Of a DNA stretch of 64,000 nucleotides, positions 46,434-56,444 are shown piece by piece; the first letter of the stretch is position 1; each line of letters opens with the position of its first letter. Position numbers and translations under genes: made by a program. Source of the stretch: a virus. The notes under the pieces were generated by a model that made no database searches, had not been told where the DNA came from, and worked only from the letters and a program-made list of their open reading frames with translations. The stretch lies in IMG/VR virus record IMGVR_UViG_3300033562_002694. One strand, given 5' to 3'.

Positions 46434-47240
46434 TTAAATTAATGATTTCCAATTAATATTTTCAGATGATGGGTGTGAATTATTTCGACAATATGTTTTC
46501 CAAGCATTTATTAATTTAGTCGCACGTATTCCATCATATCCTCTTGACGGAATAAAAATAGCTTTATGCCAATCTTTTATCGGGAAAAAAACTATTTGAT
46601 TCATTCTACTTGGAATATACATACGGACAGAAAATTTTATACCGTACATATCTAAAGCTTTAATTATCTGTTTGTAATGAATTTGAACAGGTTTTTGTTG
46701 TTTGAAAAATATTTGGTATCGATAAAGTTTTTTATATAATTCAAATATTCTACAAATTGCAACTATTCTGATTTTTGGTGGTAATAAATGAAGATTAAAT
46801 CCAAGGTTTCTGATTCCTTTTTTCGTAACAACTGGTCCAAGACTAATCACTAAAGGATATTTATCGAACCATAAAAGTTGTGGAGTATGTTTATATTTGG
46901 GATTTTTATATTCGAATGCAAAAAATCCACCAGCGTAAATAAATCTTTTTCTATATTGATATTCGCTTGGATTTTTGAAAACATATTTAAACAACCAAGA
47001 TATAGCTTTACTTGCTGGTGCTGAATTTACCCAAGGATTTTTTATTATTCTTGTTTTGAGCGAATAATTTCCAGTCCGTAATTTTAATTTTTCAATCTGA
47101 TCTTCTTCATCTTTATTCGCTTTTGCTTTGGCCAAAGAAGTTTTGTATTTTTCTGAAAGACGTAATTTTTCAAGAGAAGGATTTTTTTGCTTCTCTAAAT
47201 ATTCATCAATACTAAGAATTTTTTTCTTCCTTCCTTGCAT
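46434..47240 (-). CDS. DNA end-protector protein (T4 gp2-like)
   Basis: FDKYPLVI...LGFNLHLLPPKIR motif. Confidence 0.75.
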   Translation of the reverse strand: MQGRKKKILSIDEYLEKQKNPSLEKLRLSEKYKTSLAKAKANKDEEDQIEKLKLRTGNYSLKTRIIKNPWVNSAPASKAISWLFKYVFKNPSEYQYRKRFIYAGGFFAFEYKNPKYKHTPQLLWFDKYPLVISLGPVVTKKGIRNLGFNLHLLPPKIRIVAICRIFELYKKLYRYQIFFKQQKPVQIHYKQIIKALDMYGIKFSVRMYIPSRMNQIVFFPIKDWHKAIFIPSRGYDGIRATKLINAWKTYCRNNSHPSSENINWKSLI

Positions 47241-47242
47241 TT

Positions 47243-47773
47243 TTAATTACAAATTAATTCTTCAATGCTTTGTGTTTGTCCGTAAAGTAATACTGGACCA
47301 TCTTTTGTAAATGCCAATATACTATTATTGTCTTCAAAATAATAAAGTTTGTCAGAAAGACCTTCAGATGTTTTTTTATTGATTATTGAATATACATGAT
47401 TTTGTAAATTATAATCAATCATCATACAGGAACCAATTAATTCTTTTTTAAGATCACCAAGCATTAATAACAATGGTTCTTTTAACTGAAAATCCTGTTT
47501 TTTCATAACAACTGTTAATGGACCATCAGCTAAGTTTGATGTTATCATCGCAATTAATATATCATATCCAATTACTTCATTTTCTCCATCATTAAAAATA
47601 ACGGATATGAAATTAATTCCGTTATTTTCCAACCGATTGAATAAATCAATAGATTTACCTGTATCTCCGAAATTGAAGCGACAAGGAATATTAATTTTCA
47701 ATAAAGCAAGGATTTCATTATCTTTGAGTTCAACAATATTTACAAATGCCCCGTTTTTTACAAATTTCGCCAT
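47243..47773 (-). CDS. Hypothetical protein
   Basis: 176-aa ORF. Confidence 0.7.
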   Translation of the reverse strand: MAKFVKNGAFVNIVELKDNEILALLKINIPCRFNFGDTGKSIDLFNRLENNGINFISVIFNDGENEVIGYDILIAMITSNLADGPLTVVMKKQDFQLKEPLLLMLGDLKKELIGSCMMIDYNLQNHVYSIINKKTSEGLSDKLYYFEDNNSILAFTKDGPVLLYGQTQSIEELICN

Positions 47774-47788
47774 GATTTTTTATTGTTT

Positions 47789-48259
47789 TTAATTGAAAAC
47801 TTTTGTTTTAAGATGTTGTTCATTGATTATTTTGAAAGTATAACCATTTGCTTTACACCAACTAATTGCAGCACGCCATTTACAGGCATTTTTATACATT
47901 GTGAAATTTGTTCGTAAATCTGACTCATTCAGTGGTGTTAATCCTCTTGGTTTTACTTCTATTATATATTTTTCACCACTTTTCATAAAAACAGTAAAAT
48001 CAGTATTGTAATTATGTCGTTTTGTAACAAATTTTCCGTTAACTTTTTCTTGCATTGTATAGGGAACAACTATTTGTTCAGAACTCCATTGCTCAACAGA
48101 AGAATTTGCTTCCATTTTTCGCATAAAAAGTAATTCAAGACTCGACCTATAAATAATAGGTCGAGGTCCGAAATATTTTTGTGGATTATATTGATCAAAA
48201 GTTCCCTGTTTGTAACGAGATTTTTTGTTCGGTTTTAATTGTTTTATATTGAAAGACAT
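47789..48259 (-). CDS. Head completion nuclease (T4 gp4-like, TnsA-N fold)
   Basis: YRSSLE, WSSE, YNTDF, IEVKP, KWRAA motifs. Confidence 0.85.
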   Translation of the reverse strand: MSFNIKQLKPNKKSRYKQGTFDQYNPQKYFGPRPIIYRSSLELLFMRKMEANSSVEQWSSEQIVVPYTMQEKVNGKFVTKRHNYNTDFTVFMKSGEKYIIEVKPRGLTPLNESDLRTNFTMYKNACKWRAAISWCKANGYTFKIINEQHLKTKVFN

Positions 48260-48269
48260 AATATTTTTA

Positions 48270-48881
48270 TTAGATATATTCCACCCATACCATTCCTAAA
48301 GAAATATCATAATAATTTTCTCCATTCATGATTATTGGTTCAATTATTTCGTCAGGATTTCCTTCATTTTTTGATTTTATTATCACAGGTTCACCTGCTT
48401 CAGTAACTTCAAAAAATGCATCATAAAGATTATCGTTCAATTCATTAAATCTTAATAATTGATCAAATTTTACCAAAGGCGTTTCAAATCCATTCCATTC
48501 TCCATCACAAATTCCTTCAACATAACCAGACCAACCAGGCAAACAAACTCTTTTGTAAGAATGTACTTCAGGCATATTCTCATCAAAACGAGATTCATTA
48601 GTGCCGTCTAAATGCAATTTAACTAAATTATCATTTGGAACATATGAAAAATCATTAAATAATTTTTGAAATGATTTTTCAATATCGAAATAAAAAATAC
48701 CTATATTTGGACCTTTAAAAAGTTTACTTATTAAAATATATCGAATATTAATTCCATATTCGTCAAATGAAAGAATCATTTTATCGATATAATTTTGAAT
48801 TTGTTCTTTAGTTTCCAGAACATTTTCAATATTTTTTGTGTAAAATTTGTTATTAATGACAAAACTTAATTTGTATTTCAT
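48270..48881 (-). CDS. Hypothetical protein
   Basis: 203-aa ORF. Confidence 0.7.
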   Translation of the reverse strand: MKYKLSFVINNKFYTKNIENVLETKEQIQNYIDKMILSFDEYGINIRYILISKLFKGPNIGIFYFDIEKSFQKLFNDFSYVPNDNLVKLHLDGTNESRFDENMPEVHSYKRVCLPGWSGYVEGICDGEWNGFETPLVKFDQLLRFNELNDNLYDAFFEVTEAGEPVIIKSKNEGNPDEIIEPIIMNGENYYDISLGMVWVEYI

Positions 48882-48893
48882 AATTTTTTCGAT

Positions 48894-50048
48894 TTAGTTT
48901 GAACATTTAATCCAAATACTGTTTGTTTTTTTCTGAATATTACCAACTGAAATCGGTAAAAGTTGTCCGCCATTGAAAATGTCTTTGTTCGGATCAATTG
49001 TCAGTTTGATGCCATATGGGATGCAAATTGCAGTTAAATCACTAATAAAATCAACTTCAATTCCGTTAACATTATCAAATTCAAATACAACATAAGTTTG
49101 AGCTTTTCCATTTTCATCATTAATATTTTGCATATTAATGCCACTATATTGACATGAATCTTCGATTGACTTTGAAAGAATCATAAATTGTTGTAAAATG
49201 AAATTATTATTTGATAAATTTTCGATGAAATTTAACGCTGCCTGTTTGTTATTAAATTCCAATACGGAATATAACTTTTGAGTTGTTTTGAAATTTAGAT
49301 TTTTTAATAATTTGTTGATATTATCAAGATATTTGTAATCAAATTTATTGATATTCCCCAAAATTAATTTTGTATTCAAAATTTCAATATTGTTTAAGAA
49401 AAAATCAGTAATCATTTTTCTTTCTCCATCGGTAATTGTTGTAATTGAATGCAAACGATTTTCAATTTGCATTACATCGATATCGCTTGTTTTTACCATA
49501 TTTTGAATAGGTAAAAAATTCAAAACATTTTGTTCAAAATCTGTAATAACATGTTTATCAACTGGAGAACGGAATGTTTGTTCCCATGTCTGAAAATCCC
49601 AAATATCTTTATCTTGGAACATATTACCAAATTGTCTGCAAGTCAAGTCAATAATGAAATTTTGTCCATTGTCCTTAACTAAAAGTGCTGAATGCCATTT
49701 GTTTTGACTACCATTGTAAACATTTCCATAATATTGTTCCTTAATGTCAATAGAGACAATTTTCGCAACAGCACCACGATCTTTCAATAAAATTTGAAAT
49801 ATTTTATCAAATAATAATGCTTGTGAAGCACTAACACAAAAACCTGTTGTGGATAAACCAAATCCTATTGATTTTGGCCAATTTTCCAACTTTAATTCCC
49901 CATCTAAAGATTGATTTTCATGATAACCAATAGCTTTGCCATTTTGAACATCAGCACGTTTTTTAAATGCGGCGATTACAGGTAAATAAGCTTTTACAAG
50001 TTCGTTAGGATTTATTAATTCCATAATTTTAAATTTATATGAGGTCAA
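48894..50048 (-). CDS. Protein with papain/transglutaminase-like Cys-His-Asp pattern
   Basis: GFCVSAS ... WHSALL ... IIDLTCRQF. Confidence 0.55.
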   Translation of the reverse strand: MTSYKFKIMELINPNELVKAYLPVIAAFKKRADVQNGKAIGYHENQSLDGELKLENWPKSIGFGLSTTGFCVSASQALLFDKIFQILLKDRGAVAKIVSIDIKEQYYGNVYNGSQNKWHSALLVKDNGQNFIIDLTCRQFGNMFQDKDIWDFQTWEQTFRSPVDKHVITDFEQNVLNFLPIQNMVKTSDIDVMQIENRLHSITTITDGERKMITDFFLNNIEILNTKLILGNINKFDYKYLDNINKLLKNLNFKTTQKLYSVLEFNNKQAALNFIENLSNNNFILQQFMILSKSIEDSCQYSGINMQNINDENGKAQTYVVFEFDNVNGIEVDFISDLTAICIPYGIKLTIDPNKDIFNGGQLLPISVGNIQKKTNSIWIKCSN

Positions 50049-51228
50049 TTGTTTGTGTTAATTTATTTTGTTCAGTATTTTTCTTTTTGTAGTCAATACT
50101 GTAAGAAATTACGATTTTTTTCCCTGAATGTTCTTCGTCAAGTCTTATTTCTTTTCCATTTGTAAATGGTAAATATATTTCAACTCCAACGATACTTAAC
50201 GGTGTCAATTCAAAAATTATGTTATTTGTGCTTAATTGTATAAAATTTCCACCTATTAATTTATTTATTCGGTCATTATAATAAGGAAATTTATGTGTTT
50301 TAAATCCAAAGAATGTATTTGTTTTATTAGAACCAATTCCTAATGTTTCTTTTGAAGTTAAAATTTCTTCTCCATTTCCTCCAAATCCAACAGCATATGA
50401 ACTATAAGTTTCTTTATGTATTTCACCAAAATTTGTATTGACAGAATTTAAGTTAATTGGAATTTTATATTCTTTTTCGTCTGGATCTTCATTTTCAACT
50501 TCCCGTTTAATTGTTTTAAAAAGTATATCTTGTTCGGGAATTGATTCTCCTGTACTCCAATCTAAAGAATATTTATCATATGGTTGACTACGCAAAGTAT
50601 CAATATCACCAATATGAATAAACGAATTACAATCAATTGAAAATAGATTTGTTGTATAATTTTTTATTATGAATTTTAAATAATCAATATATCTTGTACC
50701 AGTCATTAAACTATAATCCAAAACAACATTCAATTCGGGATTATCATATGTGAAAAGACCCATTGAAGTTTTTTCCGCAATATCTTTTAATATATCTGAA
50801 ACAGTTTTATCTTTGTATGAAAATTGTTGTCCTTCAAATAATTTAGGATTATAATATTCACCACTTAATCTTAAAATTGAACCGCCTAATGTTGAAAAAG
50901 TTTTATCGATTATACCATTGAATTTCAAATACCAATCTTTGTAACCAATAAAAATTATACATTTGTCAATATCGTTTTTCAACATTTCTCGAATTTGATG
51001 TTGTTCGTCATCAACAACCATTGTAAATCGAGGTAAATAATTTAAGGCAATCTTTAGAGAAAATTCTCTTAGATCGCCAATATTTAAAACATAATCTCCA
51101 ATCTTAATTATTGGAATATTTCTTCCCCATTCGTCTATAATTCTTTCAGCAAATTTGGATGAATTTTCATCCATCTCAATTTGTATATCTTCAACAACTA
51201 TATTTGGTTTAACCAGAATTTCACCCAT
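50035..51228 (-). CDS. Putative baseplate hub / tail protein (gp27-like)
   Basis: Size, synteny with gp53-like and tube genes, HSGKKIVISYSIDY..TQTIDL end. Confidence 0.55.
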   Translation of the reverse strand: MGEILVKPNIVVEDIQIEMDENSSKFAERIIDEWGRNIPIIKIGDYVLNIGDLREFSLKIALNYLPRFTMVVDDEQHQIREMLKNDIDKCIIFIGYKDWYLKFNGIIDKTFSTLGGSILRLSGEYYNPKLFEGQQFSYKDKTVSDILKDIAEKTSMGLFTYDNPELNVVLDYSLMTGTRYIDYLKFIIKNYTTNLFSIDCNSFIHIGDIDTLRSQPYDKYSLDWSTGESIPEQDILFKTIKREVENEDPDEKEYKIPINLNSVNTNFGEIHKETYSSYAVGFGGNGEEILTSKETLGIGSNKTNTFFGFKTHKFPYYNDRINKLIGGNFIQLSTNNIIFELTPLSIVGVEIYLPFTNGKEIRLDEEHSGKKIVISYSIDYKKKNTEQNKLTQTIDLI

Positions 51229-51232
51229 AATA

Positions 51233-51673
51233 TTAATAAGATATTATTCCTGTCTCTTTATCATAAGTAACTTTTTTTAACGATATTTTTAACTTTGGAC
51301 TTGCAACTGTTTTCCCTGAAGCTTTATTTTTAATAAAATTTATTTCCGTATTATCCATTGATTTTGAAATACCAGGAATAATATTTTCATCTAATATGTT
51401 GTTTACTTCTAATTGAGAAAGTAAATAATTTATATCGGGAATTTCAAAATTCATTCCTAATTTCATTTCAACCGCATCAGAAATTTTATTAAAACTTAAT
51501 AATAATGGCAAATATGCCATATTACCATAGTAATAACGATTTATAAATATATCCACTCGACCATAATTGCTATTGTTTATTTTTACATTAGCAATTATAG
51601 GAATATTATCATATGGAATAGTATTTAAAAGTGTTTCTATTCCATTATTTAATAAAACAGAATTATTTATCAT
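51233..51673 (-). CDS. Baseplate wedge protein (gp53/LysM-like)
   Basis: YGRVDIFINRYYYG...LLLSFNKI...LGMNFEIP. Confidence 0.65.
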   Translation of the reverse strand: MINNSVLLNNGIETLLNTIPYDNIPIIANVKINNSNYGRVDIFINRYYYGNMAYLPLLLSFNKISDAVEMKLGMNFEIPDINYLLSQLEVNNILDENIIPGISKSMDNTEINFIKNKASGKTVASPKLKISLKKVTYDKETGIISY

Positions 51674-52285
51674 TTATGGGAGTGTAACTTGTTTCAAATC
51701 AAATCCTGGAATTAAAAACTGAACATCAAATTTATTGAAAGTAAATGAAAGATCGAAAGTTTTACTTTCCGAAAATGATTGTATATAAGAAAAAGTTAAA
51801 CCTGGCATTGTTGATATATAACAATCTCCCATAGTAAATTTAATCATATCAATTTCAGCAGAATCTTTCATAATCAATTGAATATAAAAATCACTTATTG
51901 ATCTTGTGCGATCATAATAGCGATACATTACTTCATAAGCATACATCCAATTAAGTAATGTATTCCTAAAAGTAATGTTTACAACAACTCCATCAATTAT
52001 TTCATTTATTGAAGAAGTTCCCGGATAACTTCTATTTACTGTTGAATGAGGAAAATTTAAAGATGATGGATTAAAACCCGTATTATTTAATCCATTGGCA
52101 ACAATTGAATTTAAGTTAACTCCAGGCATAACAAGTTCCTGTATTGTTTCATAAAAATAATCCTTAAGTGTTTTAAAAGGATAATTTTTATGAAACAAAA
52201 AATCATTATATTTTTTAGTAATAGTATCTGGGAAAAAAGATTCTCCAAATTCAATCCTAAAATTTGATAATACAGGATTAATCAT
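51674..52285 (-). CDS. Tail tube / tube-initiator family protein
   Basis: IQELVMPG, VNITFR, WMYAY, MPGLTF..FDLSFTFN patterns. Confidence 0.6.
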   Translation of the reverse strand: MINPVLSNFRIEFGESFFPDTITKKYNDFLFHKNYPFKTLKDYFYETIQELVMPGVNLNSIVANGLNNTGFNPSSLNFPHSTVNRSYPGTSSINEIIDGVVVNITFRNTLLNWMYAYEVMYRYYDRTRSISDFYIQLIMKDSAEIDMIKFTMGDCYISTMPGLTFSYIQSFSESKTFDLSFTFNKFDVQFLIPGFDLKQVTLP

Positions 52286-52288
52286 ATG

Positions 52289-52654
52289 TTAATTTTTATC
52301 ATTTGAAAATAAAACTTCAATTGAAATTTGTTTATTTTTTCCTCTTGTGATGAAATTAAAATGGATTCGTAAATCATTTGAAATCATAGTGGTATAAAAG
52401 GAAAAAACATTATCACTAACAGCAGGATTAAATTTATCCCATTTGCGCCAAGCTTCTGAAACTGCGTAATTAACACAAGCATTCAAATCGCATGTATTTT
52501 TATAATTAAATGTAGTGGCAAAATGTTTTGCAATTTTAGTAAATAAAACAACCAATTTTTCTGTCGGTTTACCATTTTCAATTGACGTATTATATTCGGC
52601 GAATAATTCTTTTGGTGTTACGTATATTTTGGATTTGACAGATTTTTCGATCAT
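52289..52654 (-). CDS. Late sigma factor-like protein (T4 gp55-like)
   Basis: DLNACVNYAVSEAWRKWDKFNP...NVFSFYTTMISN (sigma region 2 only). Confidence 0.7.
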   Translation of the reverse strand: MIEKSVKSKIYVTPKELFAEYNTSIENGKPTEKLVVLFTKIAKHFATTFNYKNTCDLNACVNYAVSEAWRKWDKFNPAVSDNVFSFYTTMISNDLRIHFNFITRGKNKQISIEVLFSNDKN

Positions 52655-52655
52655 T

Positions 52656-54044
52656 TTAATGCAATTTAAACTCGTTTTTACATAAATTCATTTCACCCAA
52701 ATTTTCATTCAATTTTTGCATTAAAAGAGATTCTTGACCGGTTAATTTTTCCATTGCTGGAGAATTTTCTTCTGCAATAATTTTAAGTTTACGAACTTTG
52801 TCAATTGCGATGTTTAAATCTTTTTGTTCTTCGTTAAGATTTACGATTTTTTGATTTCTTTCTGAAATTTTGGTATTTTCATCAATTATTTGAGATTCAA
52901 ACATTTTTGTGATATTACTTGAAAGAGTTGTATTAATATCAACAACCATTTCCATGTATGACTCAAATAATTTATTTGATATTCCTGAACTTGATAAAAG
53001 AATTTCTGGTTTGTTATTTTGTGATTGTAAAATTACATAACTATTTTCATTCAAATTTTTGATAACTTGCAAATTATCTAATCTGATCAAATGCGATGCA
53101 TTTTCCATTAATTTAATGAAATTATCAGCATCATGTAAATATTTCAATTTATTAAAATTAGTTACACGTGTTGGATCATTCATGTAAATTTTAACAGATT
53201 CCAAAAGTAATGTTTTAACTTTTTCTTTTGGAATATTTTTCCCGTTTACTGAAATATTTCCATCAGGATTTAATAATAATTCAAAATCCCAATTTTCATT
53301 CAAACTAAAAGTATTATTTTCCGGAGAATAAGCACATTCATTGATTGCATGCATTAAATGTTTATGTTCTTGTGGAACATTAACATTTTCATTCAGATTT
53401 GAAAATATTTTGGTTGCTCTGTCAAAAACGAAAATACCGGATTCGGTTAACATTAATAAACGATTATTATCAACATCTTCCAATTTAATTCCAATCGGAG
53501 AATATTTAACAAGATTTTCATTAAACATAGCGTTTGATTCATTCAATTTCGTTATGTCTTTTTTAACATTTAGATCGGATTTTATTTTATTTAAAAGTTT
53601 CGATTGTAAACCGTCAAAAAGTCCAGCTTTTATTCCTTCTTCAATAACACTTCCAGGTTTTGAAAATTGATCTTCAATATCTTTAATTGTTGATTGTGGT
53701 GAAGGATGATTTAATCGAGACATTTCAGCAAAATGTTCTTCTTTAACAAGATTGATAAGAAAATTTAAATCGGCATTTCCCGTTATTTTCTTTTTCAAAA
53801 AATTAACTAAATCAACTAATTTCACATCATCACCGGCAATTTTTTCAGCTCCTGTTATAAATGGTTTCAACGTCAATAAAGGAGTTATTGATTCATTCAA
53901 TTTTGAATAAACTTCTTTAAGAAGTTCAGAACCTACCAAAGTATCAGCTTCGGCTTTTTGAATTTTTTCAACAATTTCTTTCACAATTGCTGAATATGAA
54001 TTAGTACCCAATAAATCGATAGTTTCGTCGTTAGTAAGTTTCAT
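52656..54044 (-). CDS. Hypothetical (probable internal head) protein with many LNE/FE motifs
   Basis: 462 aa; repeated LNES/LNEN/FES motifs, coiled-coil C-terminus. Confidence 0.65.
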   Translation of the reverse strand: MKLTNDETIDLLGTNSYSAIVKEIVEKIQKAEADTLVGSELLKEVYSKLNESITPLLTLKPFITGAEKIAGDDVKLVDLVNFLKKKITGNADLNFLINLVKEEHFAEMSRLNHPSPQSTIKDIEDQFSKPGSVIEEGIKAGLFDGLQSKLLNKIKSDLNVKKDITKLNESNAMFNENLVKYSPIGIKLEDVDNNRLLMLTESGIFVFDRATKIFSNLNENVNVPQEHKHLMHAINECAYSPENNTFSLNENWDFELLLNPDGNISVNGKNIPKEKVKTLLLESVKIYMNDPTRVTNFNKLKYLHDADNFIKLMENASHLIRLDNLQVIKNLNENSYVILQSQNNKPEILLSSSGISNKLFESYMEMVVDINTTLSSNITKMFESQIIDENTKISERNQKIVNLNEEQKDLNIAIDKVRKLKIIAEENSPAMEKLTGQESLLMQKLNENLGEMNLCKNEFKLH

Positions 54045-54113
54045 GATTTTTATTTTTACTGTTAATTTCTTTATTTTAAATTTATTTATTGTGAATAAGA
54101 AATTTAAAAAATT

Positions 54114-55391
54114 TCAAATTGATTTACTCATATTAATTTGTTTTACTCCTAATAAGAAATGTTCAATATCTGTATCATCAATTAAATCTTTTTCGTATGA
54201 ATATCTCAATAAAGGTTTAATTAATGTTGCATTTATCATTCTATTCCAATCGGGTTCAGGTAAATTTTTTACTGTATTTATATCTAAATCGTCAGGAATA
54301 CCAATAACCTTATATTTAGAATTTTCATTACAATAATAATAATTCATTTTTTGTCCATCAAATGCTGGTTTATAATCATTATGAAGTTTATTTTCTTCAA
54401 TAAAATTTAACCAAGAAATTGCAATCTGCATTTGTATATGGTTTTTGTCGGACGACCATATATTTGTTTCTGGATCTTTTGTAATTGATTTTAATCCACT
54501 TACTGAAGTAATTAAATAAATAAAATCTTTTTCTTTTCGTTGTTTAATATAAGCGATAAGTTTTAGACATTCACCTCGTAACATTGGTAAATCATATTTT
54601 TCTAATAAATATTTATCAACCAATTTACTTAATATTTTTTTTGCTCTTGGAGCAGAACTTCCTCGTCTTAATTCAACACCTTTAAATTTTATTTTGGGTT
54701 TGTCAAGTAATAATCCATCTTCCCAAATAGATGTCATTATATATTTTTTCTTTTTGATAAATGCACATTTACGAGTTGTTACTTCGTGAACCATACGTAA
54801 ATGTCCTATTTTTCCATTTCGAAAAATACAATCATTTTCAATTGTTGTTTTTATTATATTATTTATAAATTTCGATACAATAAAAGTTCCAAATTCAGCT
54901 AATTCTTTGTCAGAATCTGGAATACTAACAGTAGTTTTTTCGTCTATTTCAAGGAAAGAATAAATTTTGCCTAAATCAATATATCGAGAATCAGTATCAC
55001 CATAAACACATAAATCGAATGAAGTATCTGGAACATAATTGGTGAATTTTCTGAGTTTTGTAACGGTTGGATAAAATTCCTGTATTATTGATAATTCTTT
55101 TTCTCCCCAGTTTACAAAAAACTTATTTATTGCACGATCAACTATAACTCCAAAATGTTTTCCAGTAGCACAAATATCTTCCGCAATATCAACATCGTGT
55201 AATGAATAATAAATTGATGCTGAAACTCCATATAATGAATTAGCATCAGCTTTCACAACAAGTTGTAAATTTTTGTATTGTTTTTGTATATCTTCTGCCT
55301 TTAGGATTAATGACCGAATCTCATCATCAGAATATTTGGATAAATCGATTGTTTCATTATATAATTCATTAAAATTGTCAGAAAAATCCAT
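54114..55391 (-). CDS. Family B DNA polymerase, C-terminal subunit
   Basis: KADANSLYG (motif B), YGDTDS (motif C), KKKY, FKGVE. Confidence 0.9.
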   Translation of the reverse strand: MDFSDNFNELYNETIDLSKYSDDEIRSLILKAEDIQKQYKNLQLVVKADANSLYGVSASIYYSLHDVDIAEDICATGKHFGVIVDRAINKFFVNWGEKELSIIQEFYPTVTKLRKFTNYVPDTSFDLCVYGDTDSRYIDLGKIYSFLEIDEKTTVSIPDSDKELAEFGTFIVSKFINNIIKTTIENDCIFRNGKIGHLRMVHEVTTRKCAFIKKKKYIMTSIWEDGLLLDKPKIKFKGVELRRGSSAPRAKKILSKLVDKYLLEKYDLPMLRGECLKLIAYIKQRKEKDFIYLITSVSGLKSITKDPETNIWSSDKNHIQMQIAISWLNFIEENKLHNDYKPAFDGQKMNYYYCNENSKYKVIGIPDDLDINTVKNLPEPDWNRMINATLIKPLLRYSYEKDLIDDTDIEHFLLGVKQINMSKSI

Positions 55392-55422
55392 TTGATTATT
55401 TTTGATTATTTTTATTATGCAA

Positions 55423-55451
55423 GGAAAACCGAATTAAATTCGGTTTTCCTT
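55423..55451 (-). terminator. Terminator hairpin inside the polymerase gap
   Basis: aaggaaaaccgaa-tta-aattcggttttcctt inverted repeat. Confidence 0.6.
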
Positions 55452-56383
55452 TAATTATCTCCGATATATTCGCTTATATCAAGCGAATCAATGACATGAT
55501 CCATTGCTGAATCATCAATATTTATTGAATTTTCATTTATTTTTGAAGACAAACACCAAATAATTGAACCAGCGAATTTTGTACCTAAAATAACTTTCTG
55601 TTCATTTTCGTTTGTGTAAATACTGAAAGTGTGATTTCCAGTCATTACAAAATCAGATTTTAAAATATTGAAAGAAATATTTTCGGTAATTGAAAGTTTT
55701 TGTGTCAGAAGAAAACTAACATTAAAAACCTTATCATTAACGATTATTTTATTTTGTTCAATATCTACGGTAAATGTTAAAAAAGCAGTATTATTTGCGG
55801 TTGATTTATGAAGTTTTTTGATTAATCTTTTAATTTCCTGAATTTGTGTATCAGTCAGAATGAATTCTTCCATATTTGGTAATGGAGTACATTCTTTAAT
55901 TATTTGAGAATAATCATCAATTTTGTTTGATATTAATTCTTCTGTTGTTAATGTAAAAGTTGTTGTCAATGGTGAATTACCTTCTGATTTTCCAGATATT
56001 GTAATATTTGCCGCTTGATATTTGTTGTTTACATTTTGGAGAATAAATTCCAAATCAACCATATCAGTATTATGTACTGATAGATATTTATGAAATAATT
56101 CTCCTTTCAAAATGTAAAAATTAAAGACAGGAAAATTAAGCGCTTGTTTTGGAATTACATCAAGTTCAATTACATCAGTAGAATCTTTATCATTCAATAA
56201 ATTATTGAGAGGAATCGACCATAATTTCATAAATGATCTTGTAGAAGAAAATGAACATGCTCTGATTATTGTATCACTAAATTCCAACATTAATTGATTA
56301 TCCACAATTAACGATTGTTCAAGTAATTTTCTGAAAACGTTCAACCGAAAATTTGAAATTTTTATTGTTTTTATTTCATCCAT
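55451..56383 (-). CDS. Putative sliding clamp (gp45/PCNA-like)
   Basis: 310 aa, two-domain alpha/beta pattern, adjacent to polymerase; motif support weak. Confidence 0.45.
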   Translation of the reverse strand: MDEIKTIKISNFRLNVFRKLLEQSLIVDNQLMLEFSDTIIRACSFSSTRSFMKLWSIPLNNLLNDKDSTDVIELDVIPKQALNFPVFNFYILKGELFHKYLSVHNTDMVDLEFILQNVNNKYQAANITISGKSEGNSPLTTTFTLTTEELISNKIDDYSQIIKECTPLPNMEEFILTDTQIQEIKRLIKKLHKSTANNTAFLTFTVDIEQNKIIVNDKVFNVSFLLTQKLSITENISFNILKSDFVMTGNHTFSIYTNENEQKVILGTKFAGSIIWCLSSKINENSINIDDSAMDHVIDSLDISEYIGDN

Positions 56384-56444
56384 TAGAATTGTGATTTATT
56401 ATTTGAGTATTTTGTTTATTATGAGAATTATTTTTCAACAAATT

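Noticed and set aside
47789-48259. Tn7-like transposase TnsA
   Set aside because: Short N-terminal-fold-only protein in the head module next to a gp2-like gene, so best read as a T4 gp4-like head completion nuclease; no TnsB/C seen.
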